Source: Octopus vulgaris
Taxonomy: Eukaryota
Assembly (NCBI GenBank): GCA_951406725.2
Contig: OX597814.1
Span: 67,332,001 to 67,396,000, forward strand
Length of the DNA stretch: 64,000 bases
Direction: 5' to 3'
Positions 42,938 through 56,956 of the stretch are shown in pieces. The notes under the pieces were generated by a model. The model was not told the DNA's origin and did not search any database. It worked only from the letters and a program-made list of their open reading frames with translations. How positions within the stretch are numbered: position 1 is the stretch's first letter; each line of letters opens with the position of its first letter. Both the position numbers and the translations under genes were made by a program.

Positions 42938-42947
42938 CAGATAGATT

Positions 42948-43020
<73 letters not shown>

Positions 43021-43207
43021 AGATAAAGCTTCGACGAATATTCGGATATTTACTAGTTAAGTATAGATTTGAATGCGTATGTCAGTTGTGATGTTTTATT
43101 TTACATGGTTTTTGTATTATGTCTCAAATATTCAAGTAGCATAAAATACTTTAAGCATTAAATATTAAAAATTTCAATAATCAACTTCCTTCATTCTGTT
43201 TCTCTAG

Positions 43208-43285
43208 AATTCGCAGATAATACGATGCCAGAGGAGTTAGAGTCTGAAGCCGAGGAGACGAAGAATTTAGAGCTGGAAACCCCAG
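43208..43285 (+). CDS. Acidic-repeat mini-exon (78 nt): (E)[25 protein letters not shown]
   Basis: Intact AG and GT, open frame. Confidence 0.82.
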
Positions 43286-43917
43286 GTATGAATTATGGAC
43301 GTATGTATACGCGCGTGTTTACATCATGAATACAGAAACTGCTGGAACCACTTGAATGTATTGCAAGCTTTTCCTTTGAATCTATCTTAATGTTGAAAAT
43401 CATTCCATATTACCTACGGATATTTCCAGGATAGGCCAGTGTGCGGAATACGTGTCAAATAATAGAAATAATAATAATTAAGCACAAAACATCGTATTTA
43501 ATGAAATATTAAACAAATCGGCATTTCAGAAAAAGGTGTAGAAACACGTAGTCTTGCACTTTACCTTATCAGTGTCTTGCAATAAATACAACAGGTGTTA
43601 AAAGCTCCACATATATACACTTTTACTATTGTGCATATTATTAACAACTTCGCAAGTTACATAATAAAGAAAAGGACAGGAAAAGTAGCATATGAGTTCC
43701 TGCAAACTCAACACTACGCAAACAAAAAATGTCCTTTCTACGATAGACATAAAATATCTAAATACACCAACATAAAGAATACAGTACGCAGCCTCACTGA
43801 AACCAAACCAAACATAATTACACTTGACTAGTATTAATCCTGACTAATACTCATAAATCTACCTCTACAACTATATCCGCTGTATTTCTTTTGAAGCTAA
43901 GCCTGATACTAATATTG

Positions 43918-44118
43918 ATTTCAAATTTTGGTTCAAGATCAACAATTTTGGGGGAGGGGATAAGTCAATTATACCGACCCCAGTGCTCAACTGGTATTTA
44001 TTTTATCGACCCTGAAAGGATGAAAGGCATAGCCAACCTCGATGGAACTTGAACTCAGAAAGGTAAAAACGGACGAAATGACGTTAAGCATTTTGCAAAC
44101 GATTCTTCCGGCTCTCGT
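43918..44118 (-). mobile_element. SINE with a Nin-like central domain (partial copy ~60290-60412)
   Basis: Minus strand CCTTTCATCCTTTCAGGGTCGATAAAATAAATACCAG motif; two dispersed copies. Confidence 0.6.
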
Positions 44119-44556
44119 TCTTATTTGCTGATTCTAATATCAATAATGCTACTACTAATAATAATACTATTACCAATGTTGTTGCACCTTCTGTTCTGCT
44201 GTTGTCAATACTACTAGGAATATTGGTGGTGGTGATGATGATTGTAATGGTCTGTATTTGTAAGTTATATGTTTACACGATCACTTTGCAGAAAAATTTG
44301 TCAATGAAGTATCCACTAACATAACAAAGTGTTGGGATCATCTCAATCACAGAGTTTTTAATTATTTTTTTTTAACTAAACAGTGTGATTGAGATGGAAT
44401 AGATCCAAGTGTTGCAATGATTATTTGTAATATGAAGATTTTATGAGGTTAAACAAGCTACAGATTTCGAACTACTTGTTCATAAATATTCTGATATTAT
44501 AAATATTTATTATTTATAACTTAATATAAAAGATTTCATTCATTCCATTTTTCTAG

Positions 44557-44634
44557 CATTCGAAGACTATACAAAACCAGAAGAGTTAGAGTCTGAGGCC
44601 GAAGTGACGGAAAATTTAGAAATGGAGACACGGG
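44557..44634 (+). CDS. Acidic-repeat mini-exon (78 nt): (A)[25 protein letters not shown]
   Basis: TTTCTAG acceptor, CGGG|GTATGA donor, open frame. Confidence 0.78.
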
Positions 44635-44810
44635 GTATGAATTACATATGCATATATACACATGTATATCCCAATATAAATGCCCCCCCCCCCACATCAC
44701 ATACTTTCTATGATTTTGAATATATTTTGTAGTCTCAAATAGCATAGAAAACTTTAAATATTCAACAATGAAATTTTATGTAAAAGTTTTCCTCCTTTCC
44801 ATTTCTCTAG

Positions 44811-44888
44811 AATTTGAAGAGAATGCGATACCAGAAGAGTTAGAGTCCGAGACTGAGGAGGCAGAGGATTTAGAGCTGGAGACACTAG
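44811..44888 (+). CDS. Acidic-repeat mini-exon (78 nt): (E)FEENAIPEELESETEEAEDLELETL
   Basis: Intact AG and GT; visible inside ORF 44768-45175. Confidence 0.82.
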
Positions 44889-44981
44889 GTATGAATTACA
44901 TATACATACATATATACATACATACATGGACGCTTACATACATAAATACATACATACATACATACATACATACATGGACGC

Positions 44982-45012
<31 letters not shown>

Positions 45013-45149
45013 CAAATCATATTGGGACGATCTGCATACAGAATTAAACTATTTTACTGCGAGGCAACTACGTCAACAAGCAACATTTGTAGAACATAGA
45101 AAGAAGGCTAGTAAATGTAACTTTATTAAAAAATCGAAATTTAACCTTC

Positions 45150-45876
45150 TTCCCAAAGCTGGGCTACACATATAAGCAGCAAAGTTGACATGGCCCGCAG
45201 AATGTGTTCCTGGATTCTCAGAACCCTCCAGTCGAGAGATTCCCACACCATTATCCTTCTCTTCTCCACTTTTGCCCGACCCCACCTTGAATACTGCTGT
45301 CCACGGATCTTTTCATTTTGAAGGCCAGATTTTCCTAGTTAACTAAACAATTTGAAACTTCGTATACTGGTAGAATGTGTCAAAAGAAAACATAATTGTA
45401 AACCAAAATGAAAACGGAATTGTAATTTCTAAGTTTAACGTTGTTTAATAATTCGAATTTTAACCAATGGTATTCTTTCTTTCGACTTCATATCATTTAC
45501 TGCCTCTCAAAATATTGTTACTGTGACGTAAACAGCTATTTTGTGATGTAGTTAACGTAAACATGTAAATAGCTAAAATGTAAACATTCGCTTATCGTAA
45601 ACAGCTAAATTCGCTTGGCATCGTACACAGCTTTTTCAGTTCCCTAGAATTATATTTGAAACAAAATAAAAATAAAAAGATTCATACGCATAAATATCCA
45701 TCCTTAGACATCAGAAAGATTAGAAATGCAACAAAAATTTAAAATACCGGATCTTTACCTTTTGACCTACATATTAAAAAAATTTTTTTTTCTAACTAAA
45801 CACTTTCAAACTTCGTGGAGTATATATAAAATTTGTGTAGATCCTAAATAGCTACACACACATGTATACAAACATA

Positions 45877-45913
<37 letters not shown>

Positions 45914-46100
45914 CTATATACACATATTCTAATGCATATGCATATATGTGTATATATTTATAATGTGTGTGTATTATAGATGCATACATTATATATATAT
46001 AAAAGATGTTTACATACAATATATATATATGTTATATACATCTACATGTATATGTATGTATATATAAGTACCACAGAATTTGAATCAAACTGTTTTGATC

Positions 46101-46170
<70 letters not shown>

Positions 46171-47495
46171 TACTAAAATTACATCGTTGGAGCAGTAATT
46201 TATTTATGTATTTTTTGTTATACAATTTATTTTTAAGCTGAATCCCTATCCTGCCATTAACCCCTTTCTTATAAAATAGTTGAAGAATCTGGGGTGTAGG
46301 AATTGGGCCAGTATTGGAACTTTTAACTTCTTGCTCTCTATCTTATGATCTCCGAAATTTAAGAATCTTGTGTTAACTAGGCTCTTATTATTTACTCTGA
46401 CTCTGCCACCACGTCAATGCAAAGACTATCAATATCAGAATCATCTTCACAACCACCACTGAGACATCCTAACATAATCAATGCCACTACTACTATCATC
46501 ATCCACTGCCGCCACCACCACCACCACCTCTACAAAAACACCAACACTATAATTGCTGCCATCATACACATCCACTGTCACCACTACACCACCACCACCA
46601 CTGCCATGATAACCACATCTACCACAGCTGTTTGCTTACTGCTTACCTACGCTGTTTAAAATTTTCACAAAATAGCAGTCTACGTCACAGTAACACTATG
46701 CAGTTAATGATTTCAAATGAAAACTGACAATACGATTGGTTAAAATTCGCAGATTTAAACTACGTTTAAACTTATAAAATACATTTTTATCAAAAAAACT
46801 AGTTGAAATTAATGTTTTCTTTTGACACATTCTACCAGTATATGAACTTTCAAATTATTTAGTTAACTAGAAAAATCTGAAAAATCTGGCCTTCAAAATG
46901 AAAAGATCCCTGTCCACTGTGGTCTCCCTACACAAAACAAAATATTATGAGAATTGAAGCTCCCAAAAGGTCAATCACAAAAAAGATAGATGGCATGTCA
47001 GACCTCGACTACTGTAGTAGATTAGTGAAGCTGAAACTGTATTCACTCCAACGACGCCGTGAACGCTACATTATCTGTATGATGTGGAAAATATTCCATA
47101 AGCACTGTCCGGATGATGTTGGCATCACCTTCAAAATACATCCAAGGCTTGGACCACGCCATCCGTCCACAACAAAAATCTAAATCACATCACATAACGA
47201 CAATACGGCACAATTATTTCACCTCAATTGGACCCGCTCTCTTCAACATTACACCAGGACACGTCAATACAGAAACTGACCACACAAAATTCAAGAAGTC
47301 TTTGGATAAATTCCTTCAAACAGTCCCGGACAAACCACCCACACCCGGATATGTCACCGCAAACAATAACTCTCTGCTCGAATGGGCCTTGGTGCCCAAA
47401 TCCTGGATTGAAAGACTTCGCCAGGTAGTGCTGTTAAGTCAGACATGGCCTGGGCCAATACTGGCCAAAACCTTTCTAAGTTATTCTAAGTTTAA
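45150..47495 (+). mobile_element. CR1-like 3' fragment split by a TIR element
   Basis: RPHLEYCC|PLWSP continuity across the insertion; LKLYSLQRRRERY; CTAAGTTATTCTAAGTT tail. Confidence 0.82.
45305..46909. mobile_element. Non-autonomous DNA transposon with ~240-bp TIRs and an 8-bp TSD (Merlin-like)
   Basis: GGATCTTTTCATTTTGAAGGCCAG / CTGGCCTTCAAAATGAAAAGATCC; TSD CTGTCCAC at 45297-45304 and 46910-46917; superfamily inferred only from the GG termini and 8-bp TSD. Confidence 0.8.
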
Positions 47496-47666
47496 GCAAA
47501 AACGAAAACATGAATGATATAAGACCACCACGTGGTTTGGCAGCTAGCGACATTCCAACAGATTCCATAGTGCCTGCCAGCCAAACTACATTACTGGCTC
47601 AAGTTACTGACGCCTGTCCCCCAAATACGACTATGGTAAATAGCAGGCACAACCGCAACGTTTATT

Positions 47667-47707
<41 letters not shown>

Positions 47708-50700
47708 TGTCAGGATTATATGCTGGTGAAATGTGCCCTTACTGAAATTTTCCGAGAAAAAATAACTTTAGCTTTGAAGGACTCACTCGAGAAGAGAGTA
47801 TTCTCTACCAAATTAAGTGAAAAAAACACACACCAGAGACAGTATTAAAAGCTGTTAACGAAATTGGTTATGAGTATATACAACAGTTTGATGAACCCAC
47901 ATACTGGCAGATTAACGCCTGTCTATATTCTCTGGCTACTGTACATGAAATTCAAAAAGTAAAACAAAACCGAAATAACAAAGGAAGTACCATCATGAGT
48001 TTTAAAGACAGAGAAAAAGATAACTGGTTTACGGAAGACCATCAGTCATATAATGATGCTTATTGTGTGCAAACAACCAGATCACTATAAGTCCCACCAA
48101 CAGAAAGTAAAGAAGGAGATAGAAATGATGTTGGGAGATTGATTAGTCTTCAAGCAGGAGCTAAAAGCTGTCAGTAAAACACTCCGACATTAGAAGAGAA
48201 TAACCGAGAGAAGAACAATAAATAAAAATTTAACCGGAACCAGGCAGCAGTATACAGAAACATGATAGGTGGAGCAGTAAATATGATGGAAGCTCCTCCA
48301 CGAGAAGACATAGACACCTTCTTGAGGAAAATTTGGGGTGAAGAGAAGTGTAGTGGTTAAGTGTGTATCAATGAACATAGATGCAAATGGAATGTGTATG
48401 TAAACAAATACGTAAACCGATCCATAACTGAAAAGAATTTATTTACAGGGTTTGATTCGTTATAGGTACACTACAAACAAAATGTTGGCAACTGCTACGA
48501 GTTGCTAGAAATACAGAGTACATTTGTGGGTGTCATATCAGGAATTAATATGTTTGTGTGTGTGCGTTGTTCATTTGAAACAGTAGTCTATCGGCACTTC
48601 GAACATTTTCTCTGTCTCTGCGGTCTGCCAAAACCTTGGGTCGTAGATAGATCTATCTCGTCTGTCTGCCCCGTTTGTCTGCCTCCTTTCTTGATTCACT
48701 ACCGTATTTATAACAAAAAGTGGCAGCTAGAAAGACAGACATACTGCAGCAGAGTTTGTACCTAAATAAGTCAGCCCCTGTCCAGTTGAACTTCGCCTGA
48801 CATGCTGAGGTCGCAGGTCAAAGGAGATGATCAATCAATTTTTGACAGGACAAAGAAAACCTTTTTCGCGCCTGTTGATCGTCGTGGTTTGGACGACCGA
48901 GAATTCTTGGATTCGGTTTCGAATCTAAGCTTGGAGAAGGAAGTGTTAATTCTTACAGAAGGAATTTAATCAAGATGCTCTGTGGCTGTAAGAAATCCGA
49001 AAAAGTTATTGTTCCTGCGTTATATCCAAGACATACAACATTGATGGTGAAACTCTTGCAACTGCGATCAAGAAACTCCAGGATGGAATAGTACCTGGAA
49101 GAGGCTTGATTGTTGGATATTGGTACAAGACGCTAACATTCTACCGACCATATCTTATCAATCTGTACCAGCAATCTTTCATTGGTAACAGTAGCATACC
49201 GAACTGGTTAGCTCTGGCAGAGATAAAATTCATCCCCAAATGCAGAACCACTCACATGGCAAAAAAACTACCAACCAATTGCATGCCAGAAGTTGATGTA
49301 TATACATGTATATACAGCATGTTTAAACTTCTTCCTCCAGGACCATTGGGAAACCAATTACATTATCACAGCAGAACAAACAGCTGAGAAGAAGGGAGTC
49401 TGGAGATGTGCCGGGCAATTGTTAATCAACAAAACTCTGATGTCAGAGGTGCGACAGCATAGGAGGAACCTAGTTTCAATGTGGCTAGACTACAAGACTC
49501 TGTTCCCCATTTATGAATGCTAGAATCCCTTCAACTTGCTAAAGTTCCAGTGAGCATAGTCAAAGCCATAGCTGACCTGACATCATCGTGGGTGACCATC
49601 TTGAAATTAAATACAAAGAGCAACTGTATTATCACTGACAGAATACAGTATCACAAAGGCATATTCCAAGGAGACAGCCTCTCTGTGATGTGATTTATAC
49701 TTTCTGTAAATTCCTTTTAATTCGTATTAAGGAAGTCAGAAGGATATCTCACTGGTTCTCAAGGAAACAGAAATACCACAATTACACACTGTTTCTTTGT
49801 GGATGACTGAAAACTTTATGCAAAGAATATGCATGAAAAGAAAAAGAGACTTGACCTAGTTACAACATTTTCAAAGGATGTAGGATTAGAGTTTGGTCAG
49901 GATAAATGTTGTTATATGTTTATGAAAAGGGGGAAAACTATAAACCAGACTAGTAACATCTCCATCAATGATTTGACTTTTTCCCTTGTATTTGACGAGG
50001 AATGTTACAGGTGTCTAGGGGTGGATGAAAGTATATCTTACAAAGGTACCTTAACAAAACACGTGTCACTGAAGAATATGACAGCCGAATAAAGAAAATT
50101 TGGATCTCAGAACTCTCTGCATTCAATAAAACAGCGGTCCACAATATGTTTGCAGTGCTAGTACTCATAACAATATTTGGGCTGCTTGATTGGACGCTTG
50201 ATGAGATCTGAGCCATTGATGTGAAAACCCGAAAAATACTAACAAGCACACATAATTTCCACATAAATAGTGACGTAGACCGCTTCTACCTAAAACGAAA
50301 ACAAGGCGGCAGATGATTAACATCGATCCAAAATGCCTTTCAATGTTGCATCATATCTCTTCGGCAACATATTTTAACTACTATGTATCGAAGTCCACCC
50401 CTGGACCAAGTTTGCATACCTAAGGCTGACAACATCATAAGACTTTGGAGGCAGCTCCTTGAGAAACACTCTTTGTCTGATAACCTAGAATACATGCCCA
50501 AAGAAGACGTACGACTCTACAGCAACGTATCATCAGATGATAGGATGAGCCTATATGAGCAGAAGGCTATGCATGGATTTTAGTAGAAAGCTCTGTGATG
50601 ATAGAAACATCGATCATCAAAGCAGTTTATCTTGGACAGCCGGATTACTACCTCCCACTTAGTAATCCAGGAACAGGAAATATCAACCAATACCTGATAC

Positions 50701-51884
50701 ATAAGAGACAGAGGTGCAGGAAAAGCAGTAAAATGTAACTACTGATGCAGATTTTGTGGAGTTCACACCGAAGATATCACCCACATGATATGCAGTTGTC
50801 CGAAAATGTCATCACGGTATTATCTACCGATGAGACACGATATTATAGCTAGGGCATTCTAAAATGAAATCCATCGGAAGGATAATCCTGAGGACAAAGA
50901 AATAAAAAACCCACAGTATGGTAGACGCCATAGCCGCTCATAATGAAAAGGAATACTGATGGAATGTACCAGTGAAGACCTCAAGAAAATGTAAACACAA
51001 TATACCTGATATAATGATTTGAGATGGAGAAAAGAAACTGTGCGCAGTTGTGGAAATTAGCTGCTCAGCGGATGTTAATATATGGCTGAAGATCAGTGAA
51101 AAAGAGAACACCTATGCTGAACTATTGAGATTATCAGTTCAGGTTCATACCTGTAATTATTGGGACCCTGGGATATGTAACACACTGCCTAAATAAGAAT
51201 CTTGAGAAATTAGGCTTTTCAAAACCAGAAAGGAGAAAAATTCGAAGACTACAGGTCCAACCATCACTGAAACTGTAAAAATCTGTAATACTTTCCAGAT
51301 GTTTATCATTTAAATATATATGAGCATATCTAGATATGCAACTATATTCATGAACGTACATACATAAAACATACAAATCTGCACATACATACATACATAT
51401 ATACATACATACATACATACATACATACATACATACATACATACATACATACATACATACTTACATACATACGTACATACATACATACATACATACATAC
51501 AAATAAAATACCCTGTTGATGTTGAAGTTCCAATGAAGGAACCTTAGATCTAGGTTAGAAACCGGCTCTTTCTCTATTGGCACAAAATCTTGAATAAACT
51601 GAATAATAACATACATACATGCATACATACATACATACATACATACATACATACATACATACATACATACATACATACATACATACATACGTACATACAT
51701 ACATACATACATACATACGTACATACATACATACATACATACATACATACATACATACATACATACATACATACATACATACATACATACATACATACAT
51801 ACATACATACATACATACATACGTACATACATACATACATACATACATACATAAATAAATAAATAAATAAACTCACAGGTGCTC

Positions 51885-52900
51885 ATAGTTTAACCACCAT
51901 AATTGTATTGCACTCATAGAAAACAAGTTCAAGTGTGATCGGAGTGATGTTAACGCTAACCCCTCTGAGAACACGAGTTTGCGCTTCAGGTTGTTTCATC
52001 TTCCAGTTTGAGGCTGGATGCAAAATAGAAAGCGGGTTACCTATTGTTTTCTCATTAGATGTCAGCTTCTTTAAGAACCTGATTTCCTTGTGTGGTGGTA
52101 GCTGCCCGTACATTTGAAAATTTCTGCAAGTACCTTCATTCGTATCGGCTTTTTCCCACTGCCTCAGTGCAAAGAGTTGTTTCGCACTACTTGCAGGATG
52201 TACTTTCTTGTTTGCTTTATATATTAAGGTTGTTTGGAGTTGGAAATAGATTACTGACGGTACACAGATGGAATGATAATTTTCCTTGGTCAGTACTTTA
52301 GAACTCTTTCCGGAACAGCGACCGCTCGTGTGCCTGGTCCCATTATATCCATTGTCTCTGGTGGACAAATCTACTGTCTTCACAGAGCGATACCTTTCTG
52401 CTCAATCATCGATCCGTTGCACTATGAAGTCTCCCTTGGCATTTGTTTATTTCCTACCTCTTGATTTTGTAGAGGATACGTTTAAATATTACTGCCGGAC
52501 AAGTCCAAAACGTCCCGGTATCTTCGATATGCTTCCGCTTCCTTCGCAGCATCCTGGAACTTCCACTTTCTGCTACACTTTATGGTTCTGTTGGCATACT
52601 TGAATCTAACATCCTCAGACAGAAGCAATGTGTTGACAAACTTTGTCTTTGTGGCCTTGAATTCCCATGCTACTTATGAAACCGGTGGTGGTGCAAAGAG
52701 GTCTTGCTATTCAGATTGACTGTCTGTTACCTACACTCGAGACATCAAAGTACTATTGTCAAAACGGCTACGGCAGTTTGATTATGATGCCATGCTGGAA
52801 GCAACATACATGAATGAAAATAGTTATCAGAGACACTGACTAGGCAGGTGGTGTGAAAACCTACGGCGAGCTACTAATATACTTCCGATTCGCAAATGAC
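51885..52900 (-). mobile_element. Old RLE non-LTR (HERO-like) fragment; related piece at ~38890-39170
   Basis: NLFPTPNNL-type motif and decayed Cys pattern on the minus strand; similarity between 52130-52230 and 38950-39050. Confidence 0.45.
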
Positions 52901-53520
52901 ATCGCACACGTCGCTGAAACACTAATATACGTATATAAATGTTTAAAAGTATGTATGTATGTAGACTGGTAAGGATTTATACATAAATATCTGTAATGGT
53001 TGATTGTATACCTGTACGTATGTTTTTCTTTGTTTTTAAATATTTGTGCCTTTAATACTTGAGAAGAAGCTGGTGCTTTACTTGTAAAAAAACCCCATAA
53101 AAATGCAATACTTGAATCTAGATACTATCAACGAGAAGTGTATGAGTTTGACTCCAGTTAAGTCTTTACCATTTTACTGATCTTGCAGCTTATATTCGTA
53201 AGATATATATTACGCGATTACTTTCTAGGAAAATTCTAGACATTCAAGATCGTCAATAAAACATTCACGAACATAACCAAGTTTCACAATAATTATTTGT
53301 AAATGTGTAAGGATTTTGTCAGGTTAAAGATGCAGCAGACACGTGATATTTATTCATAAAATGTTTCAATATTTACTAGTTCAGGAGAGATATGCAAATC
53401 CGTATGTGTTATTTTACTTTGCATTGTTCTTGTATTGTGTCAAAAATATTGCGTCAAAAATACTCAAATAGCATAAGAATTTTAAATAGTTAGTATTAAA
53501 ACTCCATGTCATTTCTCTGG

Positions 53521-53568
53521 AATTCGAAGAGAATATGATACCAGAGGAGTTAGAGCTGGAGATACTAG
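53521..53568 (+). pseudogene. Dead pseudo-exon of the acidic-repeat family (48 nt): EFEENMIPEELELEIL
   Basis: Acceptor AG->GG (TCTCTGG), donor GT->GA (CTAG|GAAGTA), 30-nt internal deletion; upstream intronic homology retained. Confidence 0.75.
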
Positions 53569-55124
53569 GAAGTAATTACATATACATACATACATACATA
53601 CATACATACATACATACATACATACACACGCACGCACATACATACATATATATATACATACATACATACATACACACATATATACACTACCTCCTTATGC
53701 GATGCAGCGTTGTCGAGATACAACATCCGTATGCGATACGACGTTGTGGCAAATACAATATACAATACCACTCGAAAAAAGAGAGTCTTGGAATAAATAC
53801 AGAGAATCACCCTGTTGTTGAATACATACAAACACATCAACACAAGGAATATTGGTGGAACACTCTTATCAAAACATCGTTCAAATGTAAACATAACACA
53901 TCGCTTGTTTAAAACAGACAAGAAAAATATGTGCCGTTATAGAGGTCAACCGCCCTGCTGATGTGAATATCACTTTGAAAATCAAGTAGAAAGAGGATAA
54001 CTACCCAAAACTGCTTGAAACCTCCAACTTCCATACAAAGATTATAAATTTACATTTATCACAATAATAATCGCTACACTTGGGTTTGTGAGTAAAGGCC
54101 TAAGACAAACTGGATAAGCTAGAGTTTCAGAAAACAAAATTAAGAGGCTAACACGTATATTATAAATACAGTTTCTAAGCCTAACTGTAAAAATATACAA
54201 GGCTTTTCTCGAGTTAAAATAATTCAAATAATTAAGAGAAAATTACATACATACCTACATACATACGTACGTACGTACATACATACATACATACATACAT
54301 ACATACATACATACATACATACATACGTACGCGTACCCATACACACTACATACAAACAGACACACACATATACACATATACTGATGCATACATATACAGA
54401 TATACATGTACACAACACACATACATATATATGCGCGTGAGTATGTGTGTGTTTACGTCACTAAGTGTATATTTGTATAGATGAAGCAAACATTGGAGAT
54501 GCATTCTCCCTTGCAGAAAGTGAAGGAGCATCTCAATTGTATTGCAAGCTCTTCTGAATCAATCACAGTGCCGGACACACTTCTATGTTATTAGCATATA
54601 TATCACAATCGTTTAATCCTTAGCCTGTACTTGTTCCTGAGAGTGGCAGTCCGGACTAAATTAGTCTTCGCATGTGGAAGGCTTCCACTTGCAGTCTCAT
54701 GTCAACTTCAGCGAATTATAGTTTGTTTCAGGTGCCATACCTACCTCTTTGGTTTTTATATATTTATTTTTTTGTTTTCAGACTAAATCTTGATATTTGG
54801 TTTTCTTTAGCTAGTGAGAACTGACGAGTCTGTCCCCTTGGGGCAGAAATATACGAATTTGACGAGAAGTATTTGAATTTGACGCGCAGTAAAGTCTCTA
54901 TTCATCTTTGTATGATTATGCACGGGTTTTGTGTCTCACACAAAATGCACTTGTCGGCCACACTAGGGAAAGAAGAGTAAAAAATAAACGGAGTGTGAGT
55001 GAGTGAGAGTCAGAGGTGGTAAAGCAGAACAGCATTATTTTGCTCAGAAGACGCAGGTATCTTAATAAAAATATAACTGTAAATTTTTATCATAGATTGT
55101 ACTTAGTTAACAGTTTCACACACT

Positions 55125-55176
<52 letters not shown>

Positions 55177-55420
55177 AAATTAAATATTAAACACTTTTGC
55201 TTATAAAATATTTTCGTTCACATACCATATATAATGATGTTAAGTGACTCCATTTCTTACTTTATCCATGTTATACAAAAAAAAAAAATCACTCAACCCT
55301 GGAATTTTTGCCTTTACAAGTAGGCTGTTATATCTTTGGCACTTATGTGAATTTTTGTTGCACTGGTACTTATTCATTTACTTTTCCTTGTTATTTGTAC
55401 ACATTGAAAAAGTATACATA

Positions 55421-55520
<100 letters not shown>

Positions 55521-55756
55521 CATAAAGAGAGAGAGAGAGAGAGAAGTGGTGTACAGATATTGTTTGTTGCAAAAAAAGAAGTAGTCAGAATTTTGGATAA
55601 TTCTTCATTAGCGATTTCGTTCGTTTATCGAACTTGTCACGACAAAATCAAAATGATAATTTTGATTTTGTCTTGACGAGTTTGATAAACAAACGAAAGC
55701 GCTAATAAAGAATTATCCACAATTCTCATTGCCTCCTTTTGCTCAATATATATATA

Positions 55757-55807
<51 letters not shown>

Positions 55808-56366
55808 AACTAAAGTTATTGAACAAACAAATGCAAGGTCATCCGCATATTATTTCATCATTCGAACATTTAATCATAGAATATACATATAAACATCCCG
55901 CAAGATGGAACATAATTCATTTGTACAAGCATACAAGCATATAATAATAATAAGGTGTGACAAAAATTTTTTTTCATCACAGTTTAGAGTTAATACTTTA
56001 GCGATTCAGAAAAATACATTAAAAAAAAAACCAACCTAGAAAGTAAAAATATAATATAAAGTAATATATAAAAATATATAGGTATATAAAAATATATATA
56101 TATATACATATAGGAGCATATAAAAAATATATAATATATATCATGTAAATAAAATAAAAGTTCATCGTTTAGAAATCTTATTAAATAATTATTCAAATAA
56201 AAGAAGCCTTATAGTGAAAAAGGGAACCATATTTAAATCTTACTCAGTCAGTTGATGGGCTCCACTACCTCAAATGTTCTTAAAATTTAAATCCGCATCT
56301 CTATCTTTATATCTCTATAATGCTGCCACTTGATATGAAAATGTTTGTGTTAATGGAAAACCTCTA

Positions 56367-56459
56367 TAATTGGCTGATGAGTGCTTAGCATTTTAAAACT
56401 GTTGTAATACTTACAACATTTAATAAAATGATGTAGTACGAAACAATCGTACTAAGTTA
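56367..56459 (+). ncRNA. Type I hammerhead motif with an extended stem II
   Basis: TAATTGG-CTGATGA-GTGCT...(TGTTGTAA/TTACAACA hairpin)...AGTAC-GAAA-CAATCG-TA-CTAAGTTA. Confidence 0.65.
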
Positions 56460-56585
56460 CCGGAGTCATTCTTGTTGCTTATTTTGATTATAATCACCCC
56501 ACGGATTTATATGGATAACACCATACAGAATTCTGGTGCATCTAAATTAAGTACCATATTCATTTGAATCTAAATTTTTGCTGAA

Positions 56586-56629
<44 letters not shown>

Positions 56630-56881
56630 TATGCACACATATATCAGATGTATCTGATTTTTCAGGTGCTTAGTGGTGTGTATATATGTATATATATCTA
56701 TTAGATTGCTGACATTCGGCAATGGTTTCTCCCATTATGTTGGTGCGCCATTTTCTATCATTAATAAAACTATCGGTATTTTTGATGACACAAGTATGCT
56801 AGTATTCAATTAGTATACAAATGTTTGAATAATTAATATTAAAACATTCAATGGTAAATTTCCTCCTTTCTGTTTCTCTAG

Positions 56882-56956
56882 AATCTAAGGGGTACACCAT
56901 ACCAGGAGTGTTGGAGTCTGAGGCTGACAAGACGGATGGTTTTGAAGTGGACCCAG
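56882..56956 (+). CDS. Diverged repeat mini-exon (75 nt): (E)SKGYTIPGVLESEADKTDGFEVDP
   Basis: TTTCTCTAG acceptor, CCAG|GTATGAATTAC donor context identical to the family, open frame. Confidence 0.78.

Larger units (their letters stand above)
45012..51610 (+). mobile_element. Degenerate R4/Dong-like RLE non-LTR retrotransposon in (CATA)n, hosting nested insertions; a further 3' fragment at ~53690-54230
   Basis: IVGYWYKTL, QLLINKTLMSEVRQHRRNLVSMWLDYK, GIFQGDSLS, FVDD*KLY, CRFCGVHTEDITHMICSC, PDIMI..VVEISC; many stops and frameshifts. Confidence 0.75.

Noticed and set aside
46417-46659. His/Thr-rich ORF
   Set aside because: Degenerate (CAC/ACC)n low-complexity sequence inside a TIR element, with no splice support
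54820-54855. CTGACGA followed by a GC hairpin
   Set aside because: The GAAA and stem III part is missing or overlaps the stem
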